A stretch of DNA of 63,721 nt, filler included, from Octopus bimaculoides (GCF_001194135.2; 4 parts of 4 records of this genome joined end to end with filler, not necessarily neighbours in it); one strand, 5' to 3'. Numbered from the whole stretch's first letter, positions 36,491 to 49,789 are shown. The notes: generated by a model from the letters alone, not told the origin. Numbers and translations: made by a program.

Positions 36491-37526
36491 GAGTTGTATT
36501 AAAAACTGAAATGGATTCTTTCTGAATTGAACCTGCATCACATATTTTGCTCCTTAGGAGGAATTAACCACTGATCAGGTCAGGTATGCGCTGTTGCAGC
36601 ACATTGCTCCATCTACCATTTGTTGATATTTGCTTGGGTTTTCACAGGGAAGCCTGTGAAGAGTATCCAGGTGGCTCCTATCTCTGCAATACCCATCACC
36701 CCAGATCCTCAGAGAAAAGAATATGATACACAGAAACAAATTCAGAAAATTGAGCAGTGTGACCAAACAGTCTGAACTAACACTCCTGAAATATATACAA
36801 GTAACAAAATATGCATCCCAGTTTCTGAGTGTAATCATATCCAATTAACTGCTACTCAATGACAGTTACATAACAATCTTAACCTAATCTAAAAACAACT
36901 GAGATCAACATTGGTATTACTTTCCTGTCACATTTACAGCGCTGTGAAGATATAAATAAGTGGAAGTTATGAATATTTTCTCTTTTTTTCATCAAAAATA
37001 CTGAAACTTCTGAGGGTTTTCTCAAATTTTGATATCCAAGTGGACAAAAGCTGATCAAATCCTTGTGAATAGATTTAGTAGATGGAAATAAAGAAGGCCA
37101 TCATGCATGCGTGTGCTTGTCTAGACATCATTTGATAGGCATAATGAATGTCACCATCATATAAGCAGTGTCCCTCTTTCTAGACTTCCATGAAAATGTC
37201 CAGTCATGAGGAACTGTCAACTTGTTTGAAAACAAGTGAGGGTTGACAAAAGGGAGGGCATGCAGCCATAAAAAAACCTGACTCATGCAAACACAGGAAA
37301 GTGGACATTAAACTGATGATGATGATGACCTCTGCAATTAACTATCTCCTATATTTTTCTCTAACTCATACATATTCAGAGTTAAATGAACTAGGCTCTC
37401 AGCTATGAACAATGTGCAAAAGTAGGTGTTGGAATACCAACAAAATATTTATCATAATTTCCTTTTTTTAAACAAACTACACTTATGTAATAAATATAAC
37501 AAAGTACAATTATAAAACATACTGAC

Positions 37527-37652
37527 CATCAGTGACAAGACGTTGCTTTAATTCTACTTTCCCACCATTTGGTAAAGCCTGGAAATTATCTTCTAATCTG
37601 GAGCCAAGGGAAACTCGAGTTGAATAGAGAGTGGCTGAGATCTCACGTTTTC
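37527..37652 (-). CDS. MOSPD1: MOSPD1 exon (end of MSP domain plus linker)
   Basis: Acceptor TACTTTTAG, donor GATG|GTCAGT, 126 nt phase 1-1; (G)KREISATLYSTR... versus human GRKEVVATLL. Confidence 0.88.
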
Positions 37653-38309
37653 CTAAAAGTATTCATTATTTCAACAATTGAAGTTAGATATAAGTGTGTG
37701 TGCAGGCAATCATATAGGGATAGACAATATGTGGTGCAGAATGAAGGCTAATATGTTTATCAATATCAATAATTTTTTATAGATACAAGAATCATAATTT
37801 CTAAAGCCAGGACATATTTAAAGGACTATGAATCAAATGATCCTTATCATCTGACATGGATTTATCAAACCTGGTAGGGTGAAAGGCAAAGAACCTGAGA
37901 ATACAAAAGGATGTAAATACTGGAAGGCATTGAGTCCAGCTGATTCAATGTTGCATCACCATTAATAATAATAATAATTGCATTAAATTTTGACACAAGG
38001 CCAGCAGTTTTAGCAGAGGAAGTTAGTTATACTGACCCTGAAAGGATGGATGAAATGCAAAATCAACCTTGGTGGAATTCAAAGTTAAGACATAAAGAAC
38101 CAGGAGAAATACTGCTAAGCATTGTGTCTGACATGCTAATGATTCTGCCAGGGCTAGTACTCTACTGGTACTTATTTTATTGATCCTGAAAAGATGAAAG
38201 CAAAGTTGACTTTAACAGCATTTGAACTCAGAATGTAAGACTAGAAGAAATGCTGCTAAGCATTTTGTCCAGCATGCCACCTTGTTGCCTAAATAATAAT
38301 CTCAGTTCA

Positions 38310-39950
38310 ACGTGAATTGATTACAAAAAGGCTTTTGACAGCATACTGCACTCATGGATTCTGAAACTGCTGGACACCTTCAAAATTTCTCCAGTAATTC
38401 CAAACTTTCTGAAACATGTGTTGTGGAACATGAATCTCCAATCATCATTCTAACAGAGTACTAGGTTGAAACAATATTAACTTTTATATGGGTGACTTAA
38501 AACTATAGGGGCAAAACATGATGAGCTAGAAGGCATTAACTTCGATGACCCAGCGGGGAGCCTGCGCAGGAAACCATAGTCGGTTCCAGGGGGAATATGG
38601 TTGCAAAACAGAAACTTAAAGGAATTGATGGAAGGGCACCACCAGGAGTGGAGCCTGCAGCTTAATTTGACTCATCACAGGTTGTAAAAGCATTCAGGTT
38701 GGTGTTCCAAGGGAAATTGATTAACTGTTGGAAACAGTTATAAAGGAATTTCAGCAAAAAAAAACAAACTATAAATACCTAGCAATAAATGAAGGCTCTG
38801 GCATTCAGCATGCAAACATGAAAGAGAAAATGAAGAAGGAATGTTATAGGAGAGTACAAGTAGTTATTAAATCTGAGCTGAATGCACATAACAAGGCGTT
38901 TGCCACAAATTCCTTAGTAGTCCTAGTTTTTATTTATAGCTTCAATGTACTGAATTGGAATACAAGTAAAATAAAGAAAATTGATAGAAAAATTAGTACA
39001 AAGGCAGACATTGATCATCTTTACCTTCCCAGAGTCCAAAAGAAGTTAAAGCTTGATCCAGTTTGAACTTTCTTATAAAACCACAACTGGACTGACCAAA
39101 TATCTTGAAACAACTGACTGGATGCTAAAACTTGTTGAAAATCATGAGAGGCATAAGAAGCTTCATTCCATTTTGAAGGCGAAGGCAAGCAAACAATTTG
39201 CTACTGATTTCATGAATGATACTCAGGCTGGAGAGCCTGAGGAAAATGTGGCAACTATTGTTGCAAAGGAAGTAAAACTAATGGAAAAGTGTACATGAAC
39301 AATTGGGTGTTAGGTGAGAGCAGAAACTCTGCATGGCAAATATGTGGCCTGTAGCCAACCAGCTGATGTAAACTAGCAGCACACTCATTGGTACCTACAA
39401 AGGTTTCATCTTAGCTGTTCAAAATCAAAGCTTATTGACCTGGAACTACCAAGCCATTGTGATGAAAAATGGAGTAGGTCCAAAGTGCCAATCCTGCAAT
39501 GAAGAAATTGAAACAGAAGACCACTCAATCTATGGGTAAAGTTTTAATACCAGTAGAGTATAAATCAAGACATGACAGAGTTGGCTTATAAAATCAAAAC
39601 TGTTGACAAGTGGTATAAACATCACTCTGAGACTGTAACTGAGGGATAAAATGTAGTGATTCTTTGGGATGTTCCTATACATACAGACACAACCATCAAA
39701 GTAAATAAAACAGACATTGTTGTAAAAACCCAAATCATAAAGACAAGTATCCCTTGTGGCAAAAAGAATTTGACAAGCTCAGGAAATATAAATATTTGTT
39801 CATCGAAACTGAAAAAATGTGGCATCTCAAGGTGGTCACTAATACCAGTGATTGCAGGAACACTTGGAATGATTGAAAACGAAATTGAAAATTATTTTTA
39901 AATGGTTTACCATCTCTGCAAGAAGTGCAAAAGTATTATCGCTGTAAGAA
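38310..39950 (+). mobile_element. Degenerate R4/Dong-clade non-LTR retrotransposon (RT, CCHC, RLE)
   Basis: IDYKKAFDSILHSWIL, LYMGDLKL, NYKYLAINE, LYLPR, HGKY, AVQNQSL, C-x2-C...ETEDH, ILWDVPIHTD...KTDIVVK. Confidence 0.85.
38545..38681 (+). pseudogene. 18S rRNA gene fragment inside the R4-like element
   Basis: GGAAACCATAGTC-GGTTCCAGGGGGAATATGGTTGCAAAACAGAAACTTAAAGGAATTGATGGAAGGGCACCACCAGGAGTGGAGCCTGCAGCTTAATTTGACTCA matches the universally conserved SSU segment (AAACTTAAAGGAATTGACGGAAGGGCACCACCAGG) with several substitutions. Confidence 0.92.
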
Positions 39951-40009
39951 TGATAACCTTCTATGTAAATGATATTTTTTTTTTTGACAACTTTATTTCA
40001 TTTTGTAAC

Positions 40010-41380
40010 AATAGGCGTAAGTAGAAACTCTATAAGATGTACCCAGTGTAAGCTATGGACACATAAGAGGTGCAGCAATATCAAAGGGAGGCTAACTAGC
40101 AAGATAGTTTTTGTATGTGGCAAATGCTCAGGTGTTATAAAGACAGAAGATGTGCAGAGAACAGCTTCTGTCACATTCCAGGGTGAAAAACTAGAAGTAG
40201 TTGATAGCTTCTGTTACCTAGAGGACCAAGTCAGTAGCAGGGGTGGATGCTTTGAAAGTGCAGCTGCTAGAATAAGAATAGCCTGGGCAAAGTTCAGAGA
40301 GCTCCCACCTTTGCTGGTGACAAAGGGCCTCTCGCTCAGAGTAAAAGGTAGACTATATGACACGTGTACGAACAGCCATGCTACATGGCAGTGAAACATA
40401 GGCCGTGACTGCTGAGGACATGCGTAAGCTTGCAAGGAATGAAGCCAGTAGGCTCTGCTGGATGTGTAATGTCAGTGTGCATACATGACAGAGTGTAAGT
40501 GCCCTGAAAGAAAAGTTGGATTTAAGAAGCTAAGAAGCATCAGATGTGGTGTGCAAGAGAGACGACTGCACTGGTATGGTCATGTGTTGTGAATGAATGA
40601 GGACAGCTGTGTGAAAAGGTGTCACACCCTAGCAGTTAAGGGAACCTGTGGAAGAGGTAGACTCAGAAAAACCTGGGATGAGGTGGTGAAGCACGACCTT
40701 CAAACATTGGGCCTTACTGAGGCAATAACTAGTAACAGGGATCTTTGGAGATATGCTGTGCTTGAGAAAATCCGACAAGCCAAGTGAGACCATAGCCCAT
40801 GGCCTATGCCAGTGGGTGTAACCAGCCCATTTATGAATATCCCTCATTCATTGGACATTAAACCTTGCTTGTAAAGACCTATTGAGGCAAGTGAAATCAA
40901 AATCAAGATTGCTGACATGGCCGACGACAGTACTGCCTGATTGGCACTTGTGCCAGTGGAACATTAAAAGCACATCCGAATGTGAGGTGTAACCGGCCCA
41001 CTTATGAGTACCCCTCATTCATTGGACAATGAACTTTACTTGCAAAGACATGGCTGATAACAGTACTGCCTNNNNNNNNNNAAGTGTGGTCGTTGCCAGT
41101 GCTGCCGGACTGGCTCCCGTGCAGGTAGCACGTAAAAACACCTTTTGAGCGAGGTCGTTGCCAGAACTGCCTGACTGGCCCTTGTGCCGGTGGCACGTAA
41201 AAAGCACCCACTACACTCTTGGAGTGGTTGGCGTTAGGAAGGGCATCCAGCTGTAGAAACTTTGTCAGATCAGACTAAGCCTGGTGCAACCTCTGGCTCA
41301 CCAGTCCTCAGTCAAACTGTCCAACCCATGCCAGCATGGAAAGCGGATGTTAAATGATGATGATGATGATGATGATGATG
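40010..41380 (+). mobile_element. RTE family A, 5'-truncated within the PHD finger, intact 3' end
   Basis: GVSRNSIRCTQCKLWTHKRCS...FVCGKC, LEVVDSFCYL, RGRLRKTWDEVVKHDL, 3' UTR and (GAT)n tail. Confidence 0.92.
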
Positions 41381-41970
41381 AAGCTGATGTGTTAATTTTA
41401 ATGACGTATCAATGTATCCAATAAGTTTCTTTCCCTAGGTGCCAGGAAGCCACACAGCAAGAAATAGAAACAAAATTGAAGGAAGAAGAAAAACTCATGA
41501 TAATAATAAGATTTTCAAAGTTTGGCACAAGGCCAGCAAGTTTGGGAAGGGTACATGTTGATTACATCAGTCCCAGTGTTCAAATGGTGCTTATTTCACT
41601 GCCCCTGAAAGGATGAAAGGCAAAGTTAGCCTCAGTAGAATTTGAATGCAGAGGGATGAAGGTCAAAGTTGACCTCAGTGGGAGGGAACAGCAATTTGAA
41701 CTCAGAACAAACACCACAATTCTGCCAACCCACTCTAACATAAGGTGACAACTTTTTAAAAGATGATATGAATATAGCCAAATGAACAGAAGTAGTACAT
41801 TTATATCTTATGAGCCAAGAGATAAATTAACTAACCCAACCCTCAGTACTTTCTTGCGTTTTATTAATCCTGAAATAATGATGGTTTTTAACATTAGCAC
41901 AGGACTATTTGTGCCAACATTAGAAATCAATCAACAAAAAAAAATATTGATAAAGAAAGGCATTATTTAC

Positions 41971-42068
41971 CCAATGTTTTCCGGTTTTTTCCATGATGAT
42001 AAATATGAATAAGGAATTTATCTTTAACCTCTTCATTTGACTTAATTAACTGGCGATGCTTGACAACT
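41971..42068 (-). CDS. MOSPD1: MOSPD1 MSP-domain exon
   Basis: Acceptor ATATATTTCAG, donor TTGG|GTAAAT, 98 nt phase 2-1; VVKHRQLIKSNEEVKDKFLIHIYHHGKNRKTL(G) versus human [32 protein letters not shown]. Confidence 0.9.
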
Positions 42069-43179
42069 CTGAAATATATTAGGTTTAGTAGTTCTTGTAA
42101 AAAAATTTAAATTCGAATAAAGTTTGAAAAATTGAGTTTTAAAAGATGTGCAGGGTTCTCCAAAAATATGATTTCCTAGACAATTGATTTGATCATTAGA
42201 GTGTTTATTTCTAACACTCATAATTCAAAGAATGCTTCAAGTTATATGATTGTTTTTATTATCATCAAGTGTTTAATCAGCATGACACAGACTAGACTCA
42301 AATTACAAACTTATATTTTTAATCTAATGATAATTAGGAATGGTTTTCTATATGTGTTTATTTAGACAATGGCATGTACAAATCATGTTTCCTTTGTTTT
42401 CATATTCATCAGAGAGCAAATAAAATGAAAGAAATTATGGTTTATATATGTGAATGTATGAAAAGGGGTTTGTGTGATGAACAGTAATTTGTTTATGAAA
42501 CGTTTGGTCAATATACTATGAAATACTCAGGTGTGGGAGGGAAAAAGGAATGATATTAAGGATGGTATTATATATATATATGCAGTGTGTGTGTGTGTGT
42601 GTGNNNNNNNNNNNNNNNNNNNNNNNNNNNNNNNNNNNNNNNNNNNNNNNNNNNNNNNNNNNNNNNNNNATATATATATATATACATCGTAAATAAAAAA
42701 AAATGAAGAACAGACAAAAAAAAACGTGAAGATGTGATACATGTAAAGTATTAGCAGATGCTCAGGGAAAGAAAGAAAGGTGGTTTTACGTTTCAAGCAA
42801 AGCTCTTCTTCAGAAACAGCAAAGTGAAATAGAAAAGGAAAACAGGGAAAAAAATTGCCAACGCTTCACATGTGGTTACATTTTGAAAAAAAAAAAATAT
42901 ATATATAATGATATGTAATTGTTAAAATCCAAGGATCTAGGTGTAGAAAGTTAGTAAGCTTTGAGCAGTCTGTGGTAGGTATAAAAAACAACTTTCAGGA
43001 ACAATAATAGTTTATTGGTGTAGAAAATTGTAAGTTTTTCCCATAAGCCGAAAAATAGTTTTTTTTTATAGTTCACAGTTATGAATGCAAATAAAAGGTA
43101 AATATAAATTCATTCGAGCTCCAAAGGTAAATACAAATTTGTTCAAGTAGATATAGACCAGTACTATTCCAGCATATCT

Positions 43180-44960
43180 ACTATCCAACTTAACAAAGTC
43201 TTCATATTTGCACTAAAAATATTCTGACCTAACTAGAGGTGATAGTGATATTATCCTGGCAGCCTACTGAACTATTATAAAATTCAATAGAAAGCTCTGG
43301 GCCCACAAAGATACCCCTAACTACTTCAACATCCCAATGGGGGAATTTGAAGTAGCTAAGTTACCAACTTCATGGGTTGTTACCTGCTTCATTGTCTCCA
43401 GAAACAATTTCCTAATATTTCCAGTGGTCTATATAGGGATGATGCTCTGTTTGCAATCCCAAATGCTAGTAACCATTAGGAAAGGAATCAGATACTTCTT
43501 TAAAACATGGGTGTCTCTTTCAATTCCAATATTAAAACAGCTACTTTCCGAGATGTCACTCTAGATTTACAAAACAACACCTATCCATATCATAAAACTG
43601 GAGAGGACTTTCATTACATTAACTTTTCCTCAAATCACCCTAAAATCCTAAAATTCATTGTGGACAGCATGCTTTATAGGACCTCATCCCTATCCACCAA
43701 TAAAGAGATATTCAAGCAATACACTGAATATTACAACTGCACCCTACACCACACCAGATATGAAAATCTGATTAAATATCTCCCTATATGGTGTGATCCT
43801 TCCTCCACTGAACCTGGCACTACAGATACATCTGCCCCTTTAGATAGAACCTGAGGCATCCTCAGTATTCCTCCCTCTCCCTATTCCCCCAAATTTTACC
43901 ATAGTAGCGAACTCAATAGGCACCTTGTGATTTCAGATTCCATATCTGCTGCTGCCCATCGAAATTCACACCATCATGCACCTCCATAGCCCAAACCATA
44001 CTCGGATAACCGAGTATGGAATAAGTGGACAAGGACATGTGACATTATTTGGTTCCACCTCCACTTTGCTGTTCAAGTTCAGACATGAAGAAACGTTTCC
44101 CTAAATCCAGTACTCTTAGAAAAATCTTCAACCCCCAATTGATTAAATTTTCCTATTCCGCCACAACTAACATTGCCGGTATAATGCAGTGACTTAACAA
44201 TAAAAAAATTTAGTAACCAACAATTAGTTAACTTTAATCATGCTAATACAACACATCCTAACCCATAAACCTAGGACATCCTTAAACCTCCTTACTAACA
44301 ATAACCCTCACACCACCAGCCCTAATCCTAATACTCCAACCAATACACTTCACCAACTTAGCAATCTGGCTATACCCACCACTGAAATAGGCAATAATAG
44401 GATTAATATCACTAGACACATGAACTATTATAAGCTACATCCCCCAGAAGACTCCCTCACCACCTTAATAACTTTCAATCCTAATGCCACGGTGGATAAT
44501 GCATATAACTCCAGGTTAACTCCAAATAATCATAACCCTGCAAATTCCACTTTAGCACCAAGAATCCTATGCAGCTATACGCGTCCCACCTCCTGTTCCT
44601 TAGATAATAGATGCCTCACAAACTATCGCGCATAAATGTCTGGTATCCATGGAATATTGCAAATATGTACATATCAGCTTGTGGATAACCACTATTCTAG
44701 CTTTAAATCTCAAGCAAGAACAGCACTTCTTTGTCTAAGCTCATTTATAACCTAAAATAAAATGCAGTTCTATACAATTTAAAATGGTCTTTCTTTACCA
44801 TGCCAAATCATATAATAGTTATAGCAACAAATGTAATCTCTGTATCACAGAAGTTTTCCTTTATGCACTGCTGCAATTGCCTAAATGAATGGAGTGACCT
44901 AATTCTTAATTGTAAACACAAGTTATGTAACACATTCTTAAGGTATAAATAATAGCACCC
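43180..44960 (+). mobile_element. Degenerate Penelope-like element (RT plus GIY-YIG)
   Basis: FNIPMG, GLYRDDAL, TFRDVTLDLQNNTYPYHK...YINFSSNHP, CSLDNRCL, NKCNLCITE, CKHK; many frameshifts. Confidence 0.8.
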
Positions 44961-45399
44961 TCCACAATTATTCTAATGTGCACACTTATAGGATACTATA
45001 GGCATACAGAGAGTGTACATGCAGATATGCAAATAGATAGTTTTACTGTCGTAACTCACCAATTTACCTAAAACTCCTAATGACTAGTAACTTTATCTGC
45101 CATCTCTCTCTCTCTCTTTCTTCTCCCTCCTCTCTTCCACCTTACTTCCACTCCTAAATATTTGACTTCTCTTCCTTTTCATCTCATTCCTGATCATTTC
45201 ACTTCTAAAAATTCTTTTCTTTTCTTTTGATTCTGTATAAATGTGTACACTTCTGTGCAACAATATATTTATTTACCATTGACATAGTAAAAATGACCCC
45301 AGCTTAATATTCACAACAACCTTCCCCTCAGTCAGCATCAATCTAACCTAAGTTCCCCACTCTATCTGCTGGATAGAGCTTAACCTTATGCTCCAAAAA

Positions 45400-47450
45400 C
45401 TCGACATTGTCTTTTGAAGGACCACAAGCCCGATTTTTTATCAAATCCTTTGATTAGATTAATCTGCCCAACCAAGTCCAATCTGAGCAGAATCAGTAAG
45501 TATATTTTTGATCAGATTATTCCCATTGTTAGGTTCAGTTTCCCCTATGGAAATCTACTGGGGTTTTTATCTTATGGTTTGACTCTCTTACTGATAGGCC
45601 TAATTTAGACTTTATCCAATTTGATATTTCGAATTATTCTAACTCAAATATTTGCGAATACCCCTAGTTTGGATATTGATGTCATTTTAGCGACAAAGGA
45701 GGCCCTCAATTCCTTTAACGAGCCTAATTGGAGGAGGGCTGATTCAACTAATTTCTTTGATATTACTATGGGGTCTTTAGATTCAGTACAAGTGACCAAC
45801 TTAGTGGGCTTATATCTCCTTTTGCCGATTAGTGATAGTTTTCCCCTCCTTACTGGGGGATTATATAGAGATGATGCACTTCTAGCTGCATGTGGCCAGT
45901 CTAAAACTGCGTTGAATAACTAACAGAAATCTTTGAGAAGTTTTAAGAAACTTCTCAAAGATTTCTTTAATCAATTCAGTGCAGATTTCTTTAATTTTAA
46001 CATTACTTTTGATGTTAACTCTAGAGTGGTGAATTTCTTGGCTATTACTTTGAATTTGGATACAGGTTTATGCTACCCATTTTGTAAGCCAAATAAATCT
46101 ATTTCATATATCAATGTCTCCTCCAATCATCCAAAATCTACTATTGATAGCATTGTTACTGCCATTTTGATGAGAATCTCTAATTTGTCCACAAATGAAG
46201 AGATTTTTTATCAACATGCACCAGCATATAACAATGCTCTAAATTTAAGCAGCTTCAAAACTAAAATCTCATATATACCTAACACGAGACTTAAGAACAA
46301 ACTGGCCGGTCTACCACCCAACCATTTCACAGAAAGTCTTGAAAAGTGCAATGCATTAATAGATTGCAGCCAATGCAAGCCATCCATTAGATACGCATAT
46401 AGAGATTTTAGGAATAGACATTGGAAGCGAAATAGTAGCTGTGAGGAGATAAGTAAGACCAAGAGCTCATACTCGAGAATGTGAGAAGTCATCTGGTTTG
46501 CCCCACCTTTTTCTCTTAGAGTAAGAAATCTGCCAAAGTTGTTTTTTAAGATTCTGAAGAATTTCCCCAAAGAATCATAAGTACTACACCATCTGCAACA
46601 AATCCTCCATTAAATTTTCTAACTCAGTAATGCTGGATTTGGCTTCTATTATTGCATCTATTAATAGAAGTAAATTAAGTGGGCAAGTACACTGGAAGTA
46701 TCCTTCTGTTTGAAACTGTGGTATTGGACTGGTAAGCTCTGATAAGCCTAAGGTTGGTGTTACCAACCATTTACGTTCACCAATTAATGGGCTATCTGAG
46801 AAGAAGAATGCAGGAAACCAGATAAATAATGTTAGTATCAGTAATAGGGATAAAGGTGGTTCTGATAAATCCTGTGATTTCAGAAACCCTATGTTATGTC
46901 CCCTTGACGGATCCTGTTTGATAACAAACGTAATTTATAAATGCGTAGTTAGAAAGGAGGACAATTTGGATAGGGTTTATATAGGCAATACTATCAATTT
47001 TAAGGCAAGGTACAGGGCCCACATGAATTTGTTTTTGAACAAAAAATATTCTAACTTCACTACACTTTCTTCTTATGTACATGGTTTAAAGAGGAATAAC
47101 AAAAGTTACTTTCTTGAACAGTCTATAATTTCAAGGGCCCCTTCTTTTAGCATTAATATCAACAAGTGTAAGTTGTGTATAAGGGAATCTCTTGTCGTCC
47201 TTAGGTCCTTTGGGCCTAAAACATTAAATAAATTTACAGAGGTGATCCCTTTCTGCAACCATAAGTTTTCTTCTACTTTTCTGAAAGTATATAGAAGTAA
47301 GGCTGGATGTGGTAGATAATATTTAGTTTGCCTACTGGGTTTCAAAACTAGATAGAAAAATTCTTATAAATAGCAGCCACCTACCCCATTAGCCATGAAA
47401 TAAAATTCATTTATATAGGGTTCTTTTTTAGTTAGGAATTTTGGACTGGT
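45400..47450 (+). mobile_element. Penelope-like element (RT plus GIY-YIG endonuclease), less degenerate
   Basis: RLICPTKSNL.RISK, FDITMGSLDS, GGLYRDDALL, VVNFL.ITLNL, YINVSSNHP, WFAPPFS, CPLDGSCL..VIYKC...VYIGNT.NFKARY..H, KCKLCIRE, LNK..E....CNHK. Confidence 0.9.
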
Positions 47451-48005
47451 CCTGCTAAAGGTTATAATGATATAAATAAGAATTACGCCTGTAATGTATT
47501 TCTTGTGAACTACCTCATTGTGAAATTCCTAGAGTGTTCTGTGCATTCTGATCAGGGGTCATTGCTGAGATGTGCTTTAACTTCAAATCAGACCATGGCA
47601 ATGAACTCCTGAAATGGCCATAGATATGGAATTTGACTAACCCTTCTTTGAAACTCTCTTATGCCCCTTGGATACCAGACCTACCATGGATTGCTTCATT
47701 CTTAAGAAGTGACTATTTTGATATATTTTTAATCGATGGGTAAATTTTTAGTTAATTTGATAATTCATGTTAATCAGCTATTTTAGTCATTTTTATTTAC
47801 ATTTTTCCAGACAGGTCCTTCTACATATTTTTGAATTTTTTATCTGTACATATATATATTTCTTTTATATGTGTAAGACCACAGTATAATTTGTATATGA
47901 TGTAATGTATAGGAGTGTGGGGTTATATAAAGTCATTGGCCCGAATTTGATGCTTCTTCTCTATTCAATGATTTTTATATATAGACACACACACATATGT
48001 ACGTA

Positions 48006-48059
<54 letters not shown>

Positions 48060-48444
48060 TATATANNNNNNNNNNNNNNNNNNNNNNNNNNNNNNNNNNN
48101 NNNNNNNNNNNNNNNNNNNNNNNNNNNNNNNNNNNNNNNNNNNNNNNNNNNNNNNNNNNNNNNNNNNNNNNNNNNNNNNNNNNNNNNNNNNNNNNNNNNN
48201 NNNNNNNNNNNNNNNNNNNNNNNNNNNNNNNNNNNNNNNNNNNNNNNNNNNNNNNNNNNNNNNNNNNNNNNNNNNNNNNNNNNNNNNNNNNNNNNNNNNN
48301 NNNNNNNNNNNNNNNNNNNNNNNNNNNNNNNNNNNNNNNNNNNNNNNNNNNNNNNNNNNNNNNNNNNNNNNNNNNNNNNNNNNNNNNNNNNNNNNNNNNN
48401 NNNNNNNNNNNNNNNNNNNNNNNNNNNNNNNNNNNNNNNNNNNN

Positions 48445-48491
<47 letters not shown>

Positions 48492-48529
48492 CATACATAT
48501 ATATACTGTTGCGTCTGATTTTAAGACAC

Positions 48530-49290
48530 AATAAGAAAATGACTTTCCCCAGACACAACAAAATATGCTTCAACACACGAAATCACATAAAAAATATTGC
48601 AAACCAAATCCAAAAACGAAATACATACACACATACACACATGCACACACGCACACACGCACACATACACACCTCTCACATACACAACACACACATAGAC
48701 ACACATAGATACACAAGCACACACACACACATACAGACACACACACACACACACACGTACCCAACACCTACAACCCCACACAAACACACGCACACACATC
48801 CACATACACCCACACACACGCACCCCCCTCCACACACGCACACACACAGAAGACACATACACACACCGGCACAAACGAACCCACATATACACACATGCAA
48901 ATGAACTCAAACATAACTCCTACACATACACAACACGCACTCACACACCCAAGTATACATACATACACATACACACGCACACACATAAGACACATACGCA
49001 CACATGTAGAAACGAACTCACTTACACACACATGCAAATGAACCTACACACAACTCCCACAAACACACACCTAGGTGCACATACATGTACACACACGCGA
49101 ATGAACCCACACAACTCACATACACACACAACAAACAGTAACACATACACGAACACATACTACGCATATACATGCACACACACACACACACACAAAATAA
49201 CCAACGTGCGATCCACAGAGCAAACTGCACGCATATACACACACACACACGTATACACACACATGTAAATACACATACACACACGCACAC
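48530..49290. repeat. Long degenerate (CA)n tract
   Basis: Direct reading. Confidence 0.9.
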
Positions 49291-49299
49291 ACACATACT

Positions 49300-49380
49300 C
49301 AAAAACGGCCTGCCGACTTTCTACTGACCATTCCACAACCACTCCCAAACCATTCCTGCTACTAATTTCTTCCACTACGT

Positions 49381-49411
<31 letters not shown>

Positions 49412-49770
49412 ACACCAACAAACACACATACATACGCACACACACGTTCTGTTATTACACACACGCACGCAGACCCTCGCGCACGCACACATATTCACCT
49501 CCCTTTTTCACTCTCCTGTCTTAGAAAGAACTTTTCCTCCACCACTTCCTCTTCCGGTCCTTCCACAATGTAACCTCATGGACATCGGTGGCAATTTTTT
49601 CTTCCTGCGTTTTTCCCTTCTTTGAACTTTCCTTGTTTCTGACGAAGAGCTCCGCTCGAAACGTCATACTCTCTTTCTTTCCTTTCCCGAGCGTCTAGTA
49701 ATACTATCTATATCACGTCATCACGTTGTTGTTATTGTTTTTTGTCTTTTTCCTTTTTTTGAACTTATAT
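49300..49770 (+). mobile_element. Penelope-type terminal repeat
   Basis: Paralogue of 7300-7620; carries the hammerhead core. Confidence 0.6.
49635..49670 (+). ncRNA. Minimal type I hammerhead ribozyme candidate
   Basis: CUGACGA (49639-49645), stem II GAGC-UCC-GCUC, GAAAC (49658-49662), palindromic ACGU stem III, GUC cleavage triplet (49663-49665); short stem I GUUU/AUAC with one mismatch. Confidence 0.6.
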
Positions 49771-49789
49771 AGATATACATATATATATA

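Noticed and set aside
36558-36844. 89-aa minus ORF, and plus-strand mini-exons EELTTDQVR / EACEEYPGGSYLCNTHHPR
   Set aside because: Lies in a MOSPD1 intron whose flanking exons already join in frame; no homology recognised.
38545-38681. Functional rRNA gene
   Set aside because: Only about 135 nt, with substitutions at invariant positions and no flanking rDNA.
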